Assembly (NCBI GenBank): GCA_013153495.1
Contig: JAADEH010000010.1
Location: 26,379 to 90,378 of the forward strand
Direction: 5' to 3'
Source of the DNA: Aquificota bacterium
GTDB taxonomy: Bacteria; Aquificota; Aquificia; Aquificales; Aquificaceae
DNA: 64,000 bases
Below, piece after piece: positions 37,693-51,962 of the stretch. The notes beneath the pieces are model-generated. The model made no database searches. It was not told where the DNA came from and saw only the letters and a program-made list of their open reading frames with translations. How positions within the stretch are numbered: the stretch's first letter is position 1; each line of letters opens with the position of its first letter. Position numbers and translations under genes: made by a program.

Positions 37693-38590
37693 CTTTTTTC
37701 TTTATGGGATGTCTTCCGAATTCGTATCTGAGGGCAGAGAGGAGTCTGTCCCTGAAGGAGTTGCCTTGCTGAGACCTAAAGCGGGCAAAGAGAGAGTCGG
37801 ATATTACCCAGAGAGGAACTCCGAGCCTGACCGCAGTTTGAACTACCCACCTACCCTCTCCCGAATCCGCAACGAAAGGTTCAAGTTCTTCCAAGTCTCC
37901 GAAGTCCTCCAAAGCCTTTTCGGTCAACTCCATAAGGTGAGACCTGATTATGCTACCTCGGGAGTAAAGCCTTGCAACCTCCTTAAGGTCAAAGTCGTAG
38001 TTGCTCTCCTTTAAAAGCTCAAAACCCTCCCCTATCGCTTCCATGAAAGCATACTCTATCCCGTTGTGAACCATCTTGGCAAAGTGTCCCGATCCTGAAG
38101 GTCCAAGGTAGGCATAGCCTTCCCCCTCGTAGGCTAAATCTTTGAACAGGTCTTCCACCTCCCGAAAGGTTTTCTCCTCACCACCGACCATAAGGCAGTA
38201 GCCGTTCCTCTCTCCCAACACTCCACCGCTCACACCCACATCGAGGAAGCTGACACCCATACGGGAAAGCTCGTTGAACCTCCTTACCGAGTCCTCGTAG
38301 TAAGAGTTCCCACCGTCTATGACTATGTCTCCCTCTACAAGCTCAGCTTTCAGTTCCCGAATTACGCTTTCCACCGCACCGTGGGGAACCATTATCCATA
38401 CAATCCTCCTGTCGGAGAAGGACCCCAACATAAAACTCAGGTCATCGAAGACCTCTATACCTTCCTCCTCCGCTCGGGAGAGAGCGGTTTCCCTCTTGTC
38501 GTGTCCATAGACGGTCCAACCTTTGCTCAGCAATCTTCTGCCTATTCCCAGACCCATCCTTCCGAGACCGATTATTCCTATTTCCTTCAT
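37685..38590 (-). CDS. gnd: 6-phosphogluconate dehydrogenase, short decarboxylating type
   Basis: IGLGRMG, DGGNS, GVSGG, GHFAKMVHNGIEY, and DSGEGRW. Confidence 0.92.
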   Translation of the reverse strand: MKEIGIIGLGRMGLGIGRRLLSKGWTVYGHDKRETALSRAEEEGIEVFDDLSFMLGSFSDRRIVWIMVPHGAVESVIRELKAELVEGDIVIDGGNSYYEDSVRRFNELSRMGVSFLDVGVSGGVLGERNGYCLMVGGEEKTFREVEDLFKDLAYEGEGYAYLGPSGSGHFAKMVHNGIEYAFMEAIGEGFELLKESNYDFDLKEVARLYSRGSIIRSHLMELTEKALEDFGDLEELEPFVADSGEGRWVVQTAVRLGVPLWVISDSLFARFRSQQGNSFRDRLLSALRYEFGRHPIKKKDG

Positions 38591-38606
38591 AGCTTAAAAT
38601 TTTAAT

Positions 38607-39653
38607 GTGGTCGAAAGAGGATGCTCTCAAAGTCTCGGATGCAGGTCCCTGCTCACCATAAAGCGTTCACACATAGAGCACAACATAAAGGAGCTTTACC
38701 GCTTTTCGGGAAAGAAAATAATAGCGGTCATAAAATCAGATGCCTACGGAATGGGGGTAAACCAGATTGCCCCCATACTCAGAGAGCTGGAAGAGGTGGA
38801 CTCCTTTGCGGTAGCCTGCGCTCAAGAGGGAGTGCTCCTGCGGGAGATGGGCATAAGGAGGGAGATACTTATCTTAGGAGGAATACTTCCCGAAGAGCTT
38901 CCCGTGGTGATGGACTACTCCCTCACACCCGTCGTGTCCGACATAGAACACCTTAAGGTCATCGGCAAGGAGAATGTCCGCTTCCACGTCAAATACGACA
39001 CGGGTATGGGAAGGCTTGGCTTTTTAGATGAGGTTTTAAAGGACCCCCGCATAGCGGGGGTTATGAGTCATCTCTCTACCCCTGCGGACCGTGAGTTTTC
39101 TCTCCTGCAGATAAAACGCTTCGGTGAAATAGTAAAGGAATACGGAAAGGACATAAAGGTTCACATAGAAAGCTCAGCGGGTGTCATATACAAGGTTCCC
39201 TTTGCGACCCACATAAGGGTGGGACTTGCCATATACGGAGAAAAGCCTCTCAAAGATTACCCTTTGAACCTCAAACCTGCGGTGAGCGTTCGAGCGAGGG
39301 TCCTCTCGGTAAAGGAGGTTCCTGCAGGACACCCTATATCCTACGGAAGGACCTTCGTAGCTCCCAAGAGGATGAAGGTGGGGGTCGTAGCCTTCGGGTA
39401 TGCGGACGGACTCATGAAGAGCCTCTCAAACAGGGGATACCTTCTCTACGACGGTGTCAAGCTTCCCATACTCGGGAACATAACCATGGACATGACGGTG
39501 GTTGACCTCTCCGACACGGACGTTAAGGTGGGAGACTGGATTACGGTAGTTGACGAAAAAAGGACTTTTGGAGACCTCGCAAGGGAGGCAGGAACCATCC
39601 CTTACGAGATTATGTGCAACATATCGAGCAGGGTAAAGAGGGAAGTTATTTGA
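38607..39653 (+). CDS. alr: Alanine racemase
   Basis: AVIKSDAYG PLP lysine, KYDTGMGRLG, GYADG, and GTIPYE. Start codon uncertain. Confidence 0.93.
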   Translation: MVERGCSQSLGCRSLLTIKRSHIEHNIKELYRFSGKKIIAVIKSDAYGMGVNQIAPILRELEEVDSFAVACAQEGVLLREMGIRREILILGGILPEELPVVMDYSLTPVVSDIEHLKVIGKENVRFHVKYDTGMGRLGFLDEVLKDPRIAGVMSHLSTPADREFSLLQIKRFGEIVKEYGKDIKVHIESSAGVIYKVPFATHIRVGLAIYGEKPLKDYPLNLKPAVSVRARVLSVKEVPAGHPISYGRTFVAPKRMKVGVVAFGYADGLMKSLSNRGYLLYDGVKLPILGNITMDMTVVDLSDTDVKVGDWITVVDEKRTFGDLAREAGTIPYEIMCNISSRVKREVI

Positions 39654-40266
39654 TGTTAAGTATCCACTCTGCTAAGACCTTTGCCTCCTGCTCACTTACA
39701 GGTTGGGGAGCCATAGGTATGGAGCCCCACTTGCCCATGCTTCCTTTCACTATGCTCTTAACAAGTTCGTCAACCGCACTCTCTTTTCCCGCATACCTCT
39801 TAGCAACTTCCGTGTATGCGGGTCCTACCTTCTTCTTGTCTATACCGTGGCAGGAGAAGCACCCCTTCTTTTCAGCGAGGGCTTTGGCATCTACCGCAGG
39901 TGCGGCTTCCTGCTGAGCTTGAGCCTGCTCGGTTCCCTGAATTTTATCCTTGATTTCCTGAACCTTGTCTTGAACTTGATCCTTTACCTCTTCTACCTTT
40001 TCCTGGGCTTGCTGAACCTGTTCCTTAACGGCTTCTTTTACCTGTTCCTGAGCCTGCTGAACTTCCTGCTGGACGGCTTCCTTAACCTCCTTTACCTCTT
40101 CCTTTACCTGGGGTTGAGCTGGAGGTTGGGCTTCCTGGGGTTTGACCTCCTGAGCTTTCTGCTCTTGAGCGGGTTGAGGTTCCTGGGTTTGCTTCTGCTG
40201 TTCGCAGGATAGCGAACCTATTCCGACCGCAAAAACTGCGCTTGCAAGTAGGAGCTTTATCCTCAT
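39646..40266 (-). CDS. Lipoprotein cytochrome c (c551/c552 class) with a long Q/E-rich tether
   Basis: SLSC lipobox; about 100-aa low-complexity linker; CFSCH...VGP...WGSIPMAP. Confidence 0.85.
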   Translation of the reverse strand: MRIKLLLASAVFAVGIGSLSCEQQKQTQEPQPAQEQKAQEVKPQEAQPPAQPQVKEEVKEVKEAVQQEVQQAQEQVKEAVKEQVQQAQEKVEEVKDQVQDKVQEIKDKIQGTEQAQAQQEAAPAVDAKALAEKKGCFSCHGIDKKKVGPAYTEVAKRYAGKESAVDELVKSIVKGSMGKWGSIPMAPQPVSEQEAKVLAEWILNIK

Positions 40267-40279
40267 CCGAATCCCTCCT

Positions 40280-44281
<4,002 letters not shown>

Positions 44282-44284
<3 letters not shown>

Positions 44285-44290
44285 TATAAT
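44282..44290 (+). promoter_or_regulatory. Extended -10 promoter of rpsP
   Basis: TG-A-TATAAT at the ffh stop codon; GGAGG RBS downstream. Confidence 0.5.
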
Positions 44291-44320
44291 AAACAGCTCA
44301 GGTTTTCAGGAGGACGGAGA

Positions 44321-44647
44321 ATGGCTGTAAGGATAAGGCTTGCCAAGTTCGGGAGAAGACATCACCCCATATACAGGATAGTGGTTATGGACTCCAAATC
44401 TCCCAGAGAGGGCAACTACATAGACATACTCGGAACCTACGACCCGAAGAGGAAGGTTTTGATAGACATAAAACCTGAAAAGGTTAAGGAGTGGATTTTG
44501 AAGGGCGTTGAGATTGCCGGCAGAGCTAAGGCTATATTTGAAAGTGCGGGCATACTGAAAGACCTGGTCCCGGAAGGGTGTGAGCTGAGAAGGTCAGGTG
44601 ATTACTGGGTTCTGAGGAAGAAAACCACCAAGGAGGTAAGCCAATGA
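44321..44647 (+). CDS. rpsP: 30S ribosomal protein S16
   Basis: [11 protein letters not shown]...[14 protein letters not shown]...LGTYDP. Confidence 0.95.
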   Translation: MAVRIRLAKFGRRHHPIYRIVVMDSKSPREGNYIDILGTYDPKRKVLIDIKPEKVKEWILKGVEIAGRAKAIFESAGILKDLVPEGCELRRSGDYWVLRKKTTKEVSQ

Positions 44648-44883
44648 GCGCAATGAAGGAGATAGTGGAAACCACCGCTAAGGCTCTCGTAGATAACACC
44701 GACAAGGTGCAGGTTACCGAGATAGAGGGTGAGAAGACTATAGTTATCGAGCTGAGGGTTGACCCTCAGGAACTCGGTAAAGTTATAGGCAAGCAGGGTA
44801 GGATTGCAAGGGCACTCAGGACATTACTCTCCGCAATGGGGAGGAAGACGGGCAAGAGGGTCGTGTTGGAGATATTAGAGTAA
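44644..44883 (+). CDS. khpA: KH-domain RNA-binding protein
   Basis: [17 protein letters not shown]; follows rpsP. Confidence 0.9.
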   Translation: MSAMKEIVETTAKALVDNTDKVQVTEIEGEKTIVIELRVDPQELGKVIGKQGRIARALRTLLSAMGRKTGKRVVLEILE

Positions 44884-45216
44884 GTCCATACCTACGTTTT
44901 CATGGTGCTCTAAGCTGTTCCCGAGTATAACTATAAGGTCTATACGGAAGGGGGTATCCCACCCCCTCTCTTCCATAAATCTGTAAGCGCATTCTAAAAT
45001 TCGGTTCAGCTTTTTGGGGGTTAATCTCTCCGCAGGGTGTCCGAACTCCTCGTTTACGCTTCCCTTGACCTCAACAAAAACCAGAATATCCCCGTCGTGA
45101 GCTATTACGTCAATTTCTCCTATACCGCAGTGAAAGTTTCTCTCTATTATTCGGTATCCTTTTCGGGTCAGGTATTGGACCGCAAGGTCTTCGTAATTAT
45201 GTCCCCTTCTCCTCAA
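44875..45216 (-). CDS. YraN family (UPF0102) endonuclease-fold protein
   Basis: G...[16 protein letters not shown]...GEIDVI...LVFVEVK. Confidence 0.88.
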   Translation of the reverse strand: MRRRGHNYEDLAVQYLTRKGYRIIERNFHCGIGEIDVIAHDGDILVFVEVKGSVNEEFGHPAERLTPKKLNRILECAYRFMEERGWDTPFRIDLIVILGNSLEHHENVGMDLL

Positions 45217-46147
45217 GCTCCCTCAGAACCTCCTCCGGTGTTACGCTTGCGGTCCCGAACTCCCCGACCACTATTCCCGCACATATGTTCGCAAGTTCGC
45301 ATGCCTCCTCCCAGCCGGCTCCTCCGAGATAGAAGGCTGTCAGTGTAGCCACCACCGTGTCCCCCGCTCCCGTAACGTCATAAACTTCCTTGGCACGGGC
45401 AGGGAAGCTCTGAACTTTGTCGGTAAAGAGAGTCATACCTCTCGAACCCCTCGTTACCACGAGGGTATCTATGTCGAGTTCCTTCTTCAAAACCTTTCCT
45501 AAAACCTCAATCTCTTCCTTTCCGAGAGGGTCCGTCATCTCCCTGAGTTCCTTCTCGTTGGGGGTTATCAGGTTTGCTCCCGTGTATAGGGTTTTATTTA
45601 TTGGTCTGGGGTCAACGGAGAAAAAAGCCTCCTTGTCCTTGACCGCTTCCATAACTTTGTGGGTTATGACACCTTTGGCATAGTCCGATATTATTATCCC
45701 GTCGTATTCGCCCTCCAGTATGGCTTCCCGTATGTGTTTGAGCGCCTGTCCGCTTACTTTGTTTCTGTCTTCCCTGTCTATCCTCAGAAGTTGTTGGGAC
45801 ATGGAAACTACCCTCGTCTTCTCCGTAGTGGGTCTCGAGTCGGTAGCCACGAGAGAGTTTATGCTCTTTTCCTTTAAAAGCTCTAAGGTTTTCTCTCCGG
45901 AAGGGTCCTCTCCGACCACACCCGTGAGGAAGGTCTGAACACCCAGAGAGACGAGGTTGCTCGCCACATTACCCGCTCCGCCGAGCCTTACCTCCTCCCT
46001 TTCCACTTCCACCACCGGAACCGGAGCTTCCGGGGATATTCTCTCTACCTTTCCGTATAGGTATCGGTCCAAGATAATGTCGCCTACGACGAGTATCTTC
46101 AGATTTTTCAATCGTTCCAAAAGCTCCCTGGCACGCTTTATATCCAT
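45197..46147 (-). CDS. rfaE1: D-glycero-D-manno-heptose-7-phosphate kinase (RfaE domain I, PfkB family)
   Basis: VVGDIILDRY, RISPEAPVPV, LGGAGNVA, SDYAKG, and DVTGAGDT. Confidence 0.9.
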   Translation of the reverse strand: MDIKRARELLERLKNLKILVVGDIILDRYLYGKVERISPEAPVPVVEVEREEVRLGGAGNVASNLVSLGVQTFLTGVVGEDPSGEKTLELLKEKSINSLVATDSRPTTEKTRVVSMSQQLLRIDREDRNKVSGQALKHIREAILEGEYDGIIISDYAKGVITHKVMEAVKDKEAFFSVDPRPINKTLYTGANLITPNEKELREMTDPLGKEEIEVLGKVLKKELDIDTLVVTRGSRGMTLFTDKVQSFPARAKEVYDVTGAGDTVVATLTAFYLGGAGWEEACELANICAGIVVGEFGTASVTPEEVLRELEEKGT

Positions 46148-46148
46148 A

Positions 46149-47384
46149 CTACTCGCTCTCTATCTTTATCTCCTCTCCGTCTTCTATGAAGGCTTCGTGA
46201 AGCTCTCTAACGGCAAGTTCCGCATACTTTTCGTCTATTAGACAGGAAATCTTTATCTCCGAGGTGGATATAGCCATTATGTTTATGTTGTTTTTGGACA
46301 GAACGTCAAACATCTTTGCCGCCGTTCCGTAGGAGCTTCTCATTCCCAGACCTACTATGGAAACCTTCGCCACCCTGTCGTCCCTAACTACATCCTTGGC
46401 TCCGATTTCGGAAGCTACTTTGCGCACTATCTCTTCCGCCTTGGGAGCGTCAGTTTTGCTCACCGTAAAGGACATGTCCGTGTAGCCTTCGTGGGAGACG
46501 TTCTGAACTATCATGTCAACCACTATGTGAGCCTCTCCGAGAGCCTTGAAGAGCTTAGCCGCTATTCCCGGCTGGTCCGGAACGCGAACCACGGTAATCC
46601 TCGACTCCTTGGTATCGACAGTAATACCCCTTACCGCTACCTTTTCCATGATTTCTTCCTCCGGAACTATCCAGGTTCCCTCTTCCTCCTCAAAGGAACT
46701 TCTCACGTGAATTCTCACCTTATACTTCGCCGCAAACTCCACGCTCCTTATCTGCATCACCTTTGCACCGAGGGAAGCAAGCTCGAGCATCTCCTCGTAG
46801 GATATGTAGGGAATTTTCTTAGCGTTGGGAACTATACGCGGGTCCGCGGTGAAAACACCCGTAACGTCCGTGTATATCTCACAGTCCGCACCCAAAGCCG
46901 CGGCAAGCGCCACCGCAGTCGTGTCCGAGCCACCCCTTCCGAGAGTGGTAATCTCCCAATCCTCCGTTATGCCCTGAAAGCCCGCCACCACAGGTATGTA
47001 TCCTTCGTTCAACAGGTTCCTGAGCCTCTGAGTTCCTATCTTGCGAATGCGTGCCTTTGTGTGAACCTCGTCAGTTATTATGGGAACCTGCCAACCGCAC
47101 AGGCTAACGCCTGGATAACCTAACTTCCTGAGCGTCATAGCAAAGAGGGATATAGCTTTCTGCTCCCCCGTTGCCAGAAGCATGTCCATCTCCCGCTCGT
47201 TGGGGAAGTCGCTTATCTGTTTGGCAAGACTTATCAGCCCATCCGTCTCCCCAGCCATAGCGGAAGAGACCACCACGACCTTTTTACCCTCTCTGACCGC
47301 TGATATAACGCGCCTTGCCGCGTTCTCTATCCTCTCTACACTGCCGACCGAGGTTCCGCCGAACTTTTGAACCACTATACCCAT
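46149..47384 (-). CDS. lysC: Aspartate kinase
   Basis: [18 protein letters not shown], and two C-terminal ACT domains. Confidence 0.96.
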   Translation of the reverse strand: MGIVVQKFGGTSVGSVERIENAARRVISAVREGKKVVVVSSAMAGETDGLISLAKQISDFPNEREMDMLLATGEQKAISLFAMTLRKLGYPGVSLCGWQVPIITDEVHTKARIRKIGTQRLRNLLNEGYIPVVAGFQGITEDWEITTLGRGGSDTTAVALAAALGADCEIYTDVTGVFTADPRIVPNAKKIPYISYEEMLELASLGAKVMQIRSVEFAAKYKVRIHVRSSFEEEEGTWIVPEEEIMEKVAVRGITVDTKESRITVVRVPDQPGIAAKLFKALGEAHIVVDMIVQNVSHEGYTDMSFTVSKTDAPKAEEIVRKVASEIGAKDVVRDDRVAKVSIVGLGMRSSYGTAAKMFDVLSKNNINIMAISTSEIKISCLIDEKYAELAVRELHEAFIEDGEEIKIESE

Positions 47385-47419
47385 GATTCTAAGGTTGAAA
47401 ATTATAACACCTGAGAAAA

Positions 47420-49147
47420 GTGCCGATAAAACCTCTCAGGGACATGTTCGTAAATTTAGAACTACTTCAGGCAAAAGCTTCCTCGCTCGGAGTTGACTTG
47501 GGGGAGCTGCTGGAGAACCCCCACTTATCCTTTGAGGAAGTCCTCACCTTGATAATGTCCTCCCTCCCGAAAGCGAACCATGTCCCCGCTGAAAAAGCCG
47601 AACCCTTAGGTGATGAAAACTCTTCCCAATCAAATCCCGAACCGGAAACTCAACAAGCCTGCACAAGTAGGAAAGCCCCTTGCCTTCAAATACAAGAAAT
47701 CCCAAAACCCCTGCAACTTTTCACGGAAAAACCTCCCTCGGAGGAACAGAGTAGGATAGTGCGAACCCAAGAAAGAGATGCTCCTGAGAAAACAAAAATC
47801 TTTCCCCCACGCCTTATCTCAAACGCACCTGCACCCCACCCTTTTACCCAGGAAACCGTATCCCCGGACAACCCGCCTCAGCCCGACACCGACCCCAATT
47901 TGAACCTCCGGACGAGCCAGCTCCCGCCTATCGAACACACGGGGACTAAATCTAAACTAACGCAACCTGAGTCGGAAAACAGTTCTAACACCTACGAAAA
48001 ACCTAAGCCTCTTCCAAGCGCCGGGGAACGCGGAAAACTCTTCCCTGCGGAGACACAAGCCCCCCGAAAATCCGCAGTAAAAACCGAACCTTTGAAACAC
48101 CTGCGAGAACCTATAAAAACTTTCACCCACGAACAGCGATACGCCGAAGAACAGAAGGATAAAGAAGATTTCTTATTAGTTAAAAAGACCGCTGACGCGG
48201 TGAAAAAAGAACCTTTAAACCTCCCGGAGAAAAAAGAGATAAAAATTCCCCGTAGAATCGAGACCAATCCCGATACCCACCCGAAACCCACCAAGCCCTT
48301 GCTCGGGAAAAAGCCAACGAAGTCCACCACCGTGCATGTTCAAGAAGTAAGCTCAGCTGAATTTGAACCCAAAAGGCACGCCACCGACGCTCAAACCGAC
48401 CTCCAAAGGGAAACTTCCCCACAGCCATCTCAAGAAAAACCTCCTCAGAGGCAACCCGAACCCTTACGAACCTCCCCAGCCACCGCTGAAAATACTCAGG
48501 CAAAGACCCGAGAGAACGCTCCCTCCGAGCGACTGTCTCAAAACCCCGACAAAACCGAGCTAACACCCCGAACGGAACTCACCCCCGAAGATGGAGAAAT
48601 CTTTTTGGACAAACAACCCAACCAGCCTATCCGCCCCGAGGAAGTTTCCAGACCCGTCCCGAAGCGAGAACTCACCGAAAATACTAAAGCCCAAGCTCCG
48701 AAGCCTGAAAACGGAGAGCACCGTCCCGAGCTAAACCTCAAGCCCAAGGATACCGTTTTCGAGGAAACCCCTCAAACTCAAGAAACTTACCAGAGGGAAG
48801 CAACCCTACCTCCAAAGCAGGAAGTAAAGCACATAAGGCTCAGATTTGAGGACGCCCACATAAGGTTCCGCTTCCAGAGCGCAAATGTTCAGGTGGAAGT
48901 AAACCTCAAGGAAGACCTGCAGAGGCACCTCACTTACCTGGACATTCAAAGGCTCACCAAAAGCCTCGAGAACCTCGGACTTTCCTTGGAAGGTTTTAAG
49001 GTAAACGGCATGGAACTCGTAGGCAGAAACTCGAGGGGACCGAAGCGTGAAGATAAAGAGAGGTTTAATATAAAGGATAGAGATGAAATTCCTGAGAAAG
49101 CTAACGGTAGCACTTCTTATAGTCCTGATTTCAACCTACTCCTTTAA
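47420..49147 (+). CDS. Flagellar hook-length control protein FliK-like
   Basis: About 450 aa of P/E/T/K-rich disordered sequence, then a compact C-terminal beta-beta-beta-alpha-beta region ([29 protein letters not shown]); heads a flagellar block. Confidence 0.55.
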   Translation: MPIKPLRDMFVNLELLQAKASSLGVDLGELLENPHLSFEEVLTLIMSSLPKANHVPAEKAEPLGDENSSQSNPEPETQQACTSRKAPCLQIQEIPKPLQLFTEKPPSEEQSRIVRTQERDAPEKTKIFPPRLISNAPAPHPFTQETVSPDNPPQPDTDPNLNLRTSQLPPIEHTGTKSKLTQPESENSSNTYEKPKPLPSAGERGKLFPAETQAPRKSAVKTEPLKHLREPIKTFTHEQRYAEEQKDKEDFLLVKKTADAVKKEPLNLPEKKEIKIPRRIETNPDTHPKPTKPLLGKKPTKSTTVHVQEVSSAEFEPKRHATDAQTDLQRETSPQPSQEKPPQRQPEPLRTSPATAENTQAKTRENAPSERLSQNPDKTELTPRTELTPEDGEIFLDKQPNQPIRPEEVSRPVPKRELTENTKAQAPKPENGEHRPELNLKPKDTVFEETPQTQETYQREATLPPKQEVKHIRLRFEDAHIRFRFQSANVQVEVNLKEDLQRHLTYLDIQRLTKSLENLGLSLEGFKVNGMELVGRNSRGPKREDKERFNIKDRDEIPEKANGSTSYSPDFNLLL

Positions 49148-50891
49148 CGCCTCCCAGACCAAGGACCCCGACCTGTCGGAAAATTACTTCCGTAAAGGTT
49201 TGGAAAGCCTCAAAGTTCTGAACTACCTCGATGCGCTCATGTATTTTTCGAAGGCATACTCCGCAGACCCCACCTCCTATTACGGGGAGCTTTCCTACCT
49301 ATACATAGGCAAAAGCTACGCCCTATACTCCTACGCCTTCGGAAGCAGGAAGGGCATTTTAGCCTCCATAGGATACCTGAACCAGTATCCCTTCTACTAC
49401 AAAGTTCCCCGCTTCATACACACCCAGAGGGAGTTCGTAGGGGACTCTTACCTGCTTCTGCAGTGGTATCAGACCGCAAAGAACATCTACGCCAACCTCT
49501 ACGGAGAGACCAACAGAACCGAATACATGATTAAGTTCGGATACGCCTCCTCCCTGGACGGAAGCGTGGAGGGATACAACTACCTAACCAAGCTGGACCA
49601 AAAGGGAGTCCCCAAAGACTATCTCGACGTCTATTACATGACCATAGGCTTTTACAACTTCAACCTCGGCAGGTATTCCCTATCGATAGAATACATGTCC
49701 TATGCGGTCAACCTAAACCCCTACCTGAGAGAAGACCCCCACCTGCTCTTCAGAATGGGAGTTTCCCACTACAAGCTCGGAGACTGGAGAAAGGCACTCC
49801 TCTACTTAGAACTCACCGCCCGCAGGGACCCCCTGCAAATATACACGGACAAAACCAGCTTCTACCTGGCAACTATAAACCTCGAAACCAAGAACTTCAG
49901 GGAAGCCTTCCAGAACCTGAACCGACTTATCGGAGAGGACAGACTCTTTTACAGCAAGCTCGCCCAGATACTATACTCTTCCCTCTGGTATTACGACGAG
50001 TTCCTAAAGGTTTACGGGGACAAACTTGGCAACTACAGGGAGAACCTTCTCAAAATTGCCTGGCTAAATGTAGAGGACATCTACGGGGAGCTACCGACCC
50101 TCGGCATATACTACCTGTCCCTAAAGAGCAAGAACCTCACCCCCGAAGAGACCCAGCTTCTCAAAGTAAAGAAGCTCACCCTAAGAGATTTCATCTACGG
50201 TGCGGACCTCTTTACCTTTGACAAATACCTCGAAAAAGCCAACGCCCCCCTCGAGCAGTTTACCTTCTACAAGAGAGAAGATGCCGAGTTTTTGAAGGAC
50301 CTCTTCGAGGTGAATAAAAAGAACTACCTTAAGGTATTCGGAAACACGAAAGGTATCGAACTCCTCGCCAGGAGTCTCGTGTATCTCGGAGACCAAAAAG
50401 CGAAGGAAGTCGTGTCCCTCGTTCAAGACACAGCCCTCAAGAACTTTCTCCTCGCAAAACTCTCACTTCTGGAAGGAGACCTAAAGAGTGCAATAAACCT
50501 TCTCAAAGAGTCAGAAAAGGACCTAAAGGGAAAGGACAAAACGGAAGCGACCCTGCTGATAGCATACTTGGAAGGGGACTCGGACAAGCTCCTTTCCGTG
50601 GTATCCGAGGCTGACTTTGAAGACGAAAGACTCAGACCCTACGCCCCCCTCATGCTCGCAAAGGTGGGAGACCTTCTATTTGAAGAAGGGAAACTCAAGG
50701 AAGCCTTAGAGTATTACAAGCAGGCTATTAGCTTCGGGTCCGAGGGGGATATATTCTGGTGGTCCCTCTTCAGGATAGCTGTCATAAGCGATAAGCTCGG
50801 AGACCCCCAAACCCTAAAATGGGTTGTAAATAAGTCGAAAGAGGAAGATAATATATGGAGCAGAGCTATTCGCACCCTTTGGGAGGGCTGA
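49083..50891 (+). CDS. Exported tetratricopeptide-repeat protein
   Basis: Signal peptide; repeated A..YF.KAY, LFRMGVSHYKLGDW and AKVGDLLFEEG TPR-like helices. Confidence 0.65.
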   Translation: MKFLRKLTVALLIVLISTYSFNASQTKDPDLSENYFRKGLESLKVLNYLDALMYFSKAYSADPTSYYGELSYLYIGKSYALYSYAFGSRKGILASIGYLNQYPFYYKVPRFIHTQREFVGDSYLLLQWYQTAKNIYANLYGETNRTEYMIKFGYASSLDGSVEGYNYLTKLDQKGVPKDYLDVYYMTIGFYNFNLGRYSLSIEYMSYAVNLNPYLREDPHLLFRMGVSHYKLGDWRKALLYLELTARRDPLQIYTDKTSFYLATINLETKNFREAFQNLNRLIGEDRLFYSKLAQILYSSLWYYDEFLKVYGDKLGNYRENLLKIAWLNVEDIYGELPTLGIYYLSLKSKNLTPEETQLLKVKKLTLRDFIYGADLFTFDKYLEKANAPLEQFTFYKREDAEFLKDLFEVNKKNYLKVFGNTKGIELLARSLVYLGDQKAKEVVSLVQDTALKNFLLAKLSLLEGDLKSAINLLKESEKDLKGKDKTEATLLIAYLEGDSDKLLSVVSEADFEDERLRPYAPLMLAKVGDLLFEEGKLKEALEYYKQAISFGSEGDIFWWSLFRIAVISDKLGDPQTLKWVVNKSKEEDNIWSRAIRTLWEG

Positions 50892-50892
50892 G

Positions 50893-51267
50893 TTGGATTT
50901 GTTCAAAGGGATAAAGAGGTTAGAGCCACGCTTAGACTATACCTGGAAGAGACACAAGGTAATACTCAGCAACATAGCCAACGCAGACACCCCCAACTAT
51001 AAAGCCAAAGATGTAACCTTTCGGGAGAACTTAAGCACCTTCAGGCTCAAGACCACCAGACCCAAGCACATACAGCCCTCGGAAAGCCTTACCTTCAAGG
51101 TTGTGGAGGTTAAAAAGAACCTCGTGGGGAACGATAGAAACAACGTCAGCATAGAGGAAGAAATGGCAAAACTCACCCAGAACAGGATAGCCTACGAAGT
51201 ATATATGAGGATGGTTTCGGGAAGCATAGATAAGCTCAACAATGTTATAAAAGGTGGTAGGAGATGA
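50893..51267 (+). CDS. flgB: Flagellar basal-body rod protein FlgB
   Basis: RHKVILSNIANADTPNYKAKD and GNDRNNVSIEEEM; TTG start. Confidence 0.93.
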   Translation: MDLFKGIKRLEPRLDYTWKRHKVILSNIANADTPNYKAKDVTFRENLSTFRLKTTRPKHIQPSESLTFKVVEVKKNLVGNDRNNVSIEEEMAKLTQNRIAYEVYMRMVSGSIDKLNNVIKGGRR

Positions 51268-51677
51268 ATGACCTGTTCAGAGCTTTTGAGATAAGCGCTT
51301 CGGGAATGTATGCCCAGCGTATAAGGATGAACACCGTAGCGTCCAACCTCGCTAACTACGAAGCATACAAGCAAACGGGTGAACCCTTCCGAAAACTCGA
51401 GGTAGTTTTTCAAGCTATATACGACCCGGAGAGGGTCAAAAGGGGAGAAATACCCGTTATGGTCAAAGCCATAAGGGAGTCGGACGCACCCTTTAAGGTT
51501 ATTTTCGACCCGGACCACCCGAGAGCTGATGAAAACGGTTACGTCAGGCTTCCCAACGTTGACCTCGTCAGGGAGATGGCAGACATGATTTCCGCCATAA
51601 GGAGCTACGAAGCAAACCTGAACGCCTTTAACATGACCAAGGAGATGGCAAACAGGACCATAGAGCTATGGAGATAG
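51264..51677 (+). CDS. flgC: Flagellar basal-body rod protein FlgC
   Basis: ISASGMYAQRIRMNTVASNLAN, DPDHPRADENGYV..PNVD, and RSYEAN. Confidence 0.95.
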   Translation: MNDLFRAFEISASGMYAQRIRMNTVASNLANYEAYKQTGEPFRKLEVVFQAIYDPERVKRGEIPVMVKAIRESDAPFKVIFDPDHPRADENGYVRLPNVDLVREMADMISAIRSYEANLNAFNMTKEMANRTIELWR

Positions 51678-51961
51678 GTGGAATAAATCCCAAAGCTTTT
51701 GAAACTTTCTTGAAGGAAAGGGGGAAAGAGGTAAAAAGCCCCGAGGACTTCACCCAAGCTCTGAAGGAGTTTATAGAGTGGGTAAACTCCCAGCAGGAAA
51801 ACGCAAAGCAGATAAAGGAAGCGGTTCTCAGGGGAGAGGATGTTCCCCTTCACCGGATGATTGTGGAGTTTCAGAAAGCGGGGGTAGCTCTCAACCTGAT
51901 GATAGAGGTCCGAAACAGGCTCCTCGAGGGTTATCAGGAGCTACTCAGGATGCAGGTATAG
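51668..51961 (+). CDS. fliE: Flagellar hook-basal body protein FliE
   Basis: DVPLHRMIVEFQKA..LNLMIEVRNRLLEGYQELLRMQV. Confidence 0.92.
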   Translation: MEIGGINPKAFETFLKERGKEVKSPEDFTQALKEFIEWVNSQQENAKQIKEAVLRGEDVPLHRMIVEFQKAGVALNLMIEVRNRLLEGYQELLRMQV

Positions 51962-51962
51962 T

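Noticed and set aside
38607-38645. Apparent N-terminal extension or frameshift at the alr start (out-of-frame ATG just before RSLLTI)
   Set aside because: An in-frame GTG with a -10 box 6 nt upstream gives an intact protein; nothing else supports a frameshift.
47420-48800. Low-complexity P/E/T/K region as a possible repeat array or mobile element
   Set aside because: No periodic DNA repeat was found; it is consistent with a disordered FliK-type linker.
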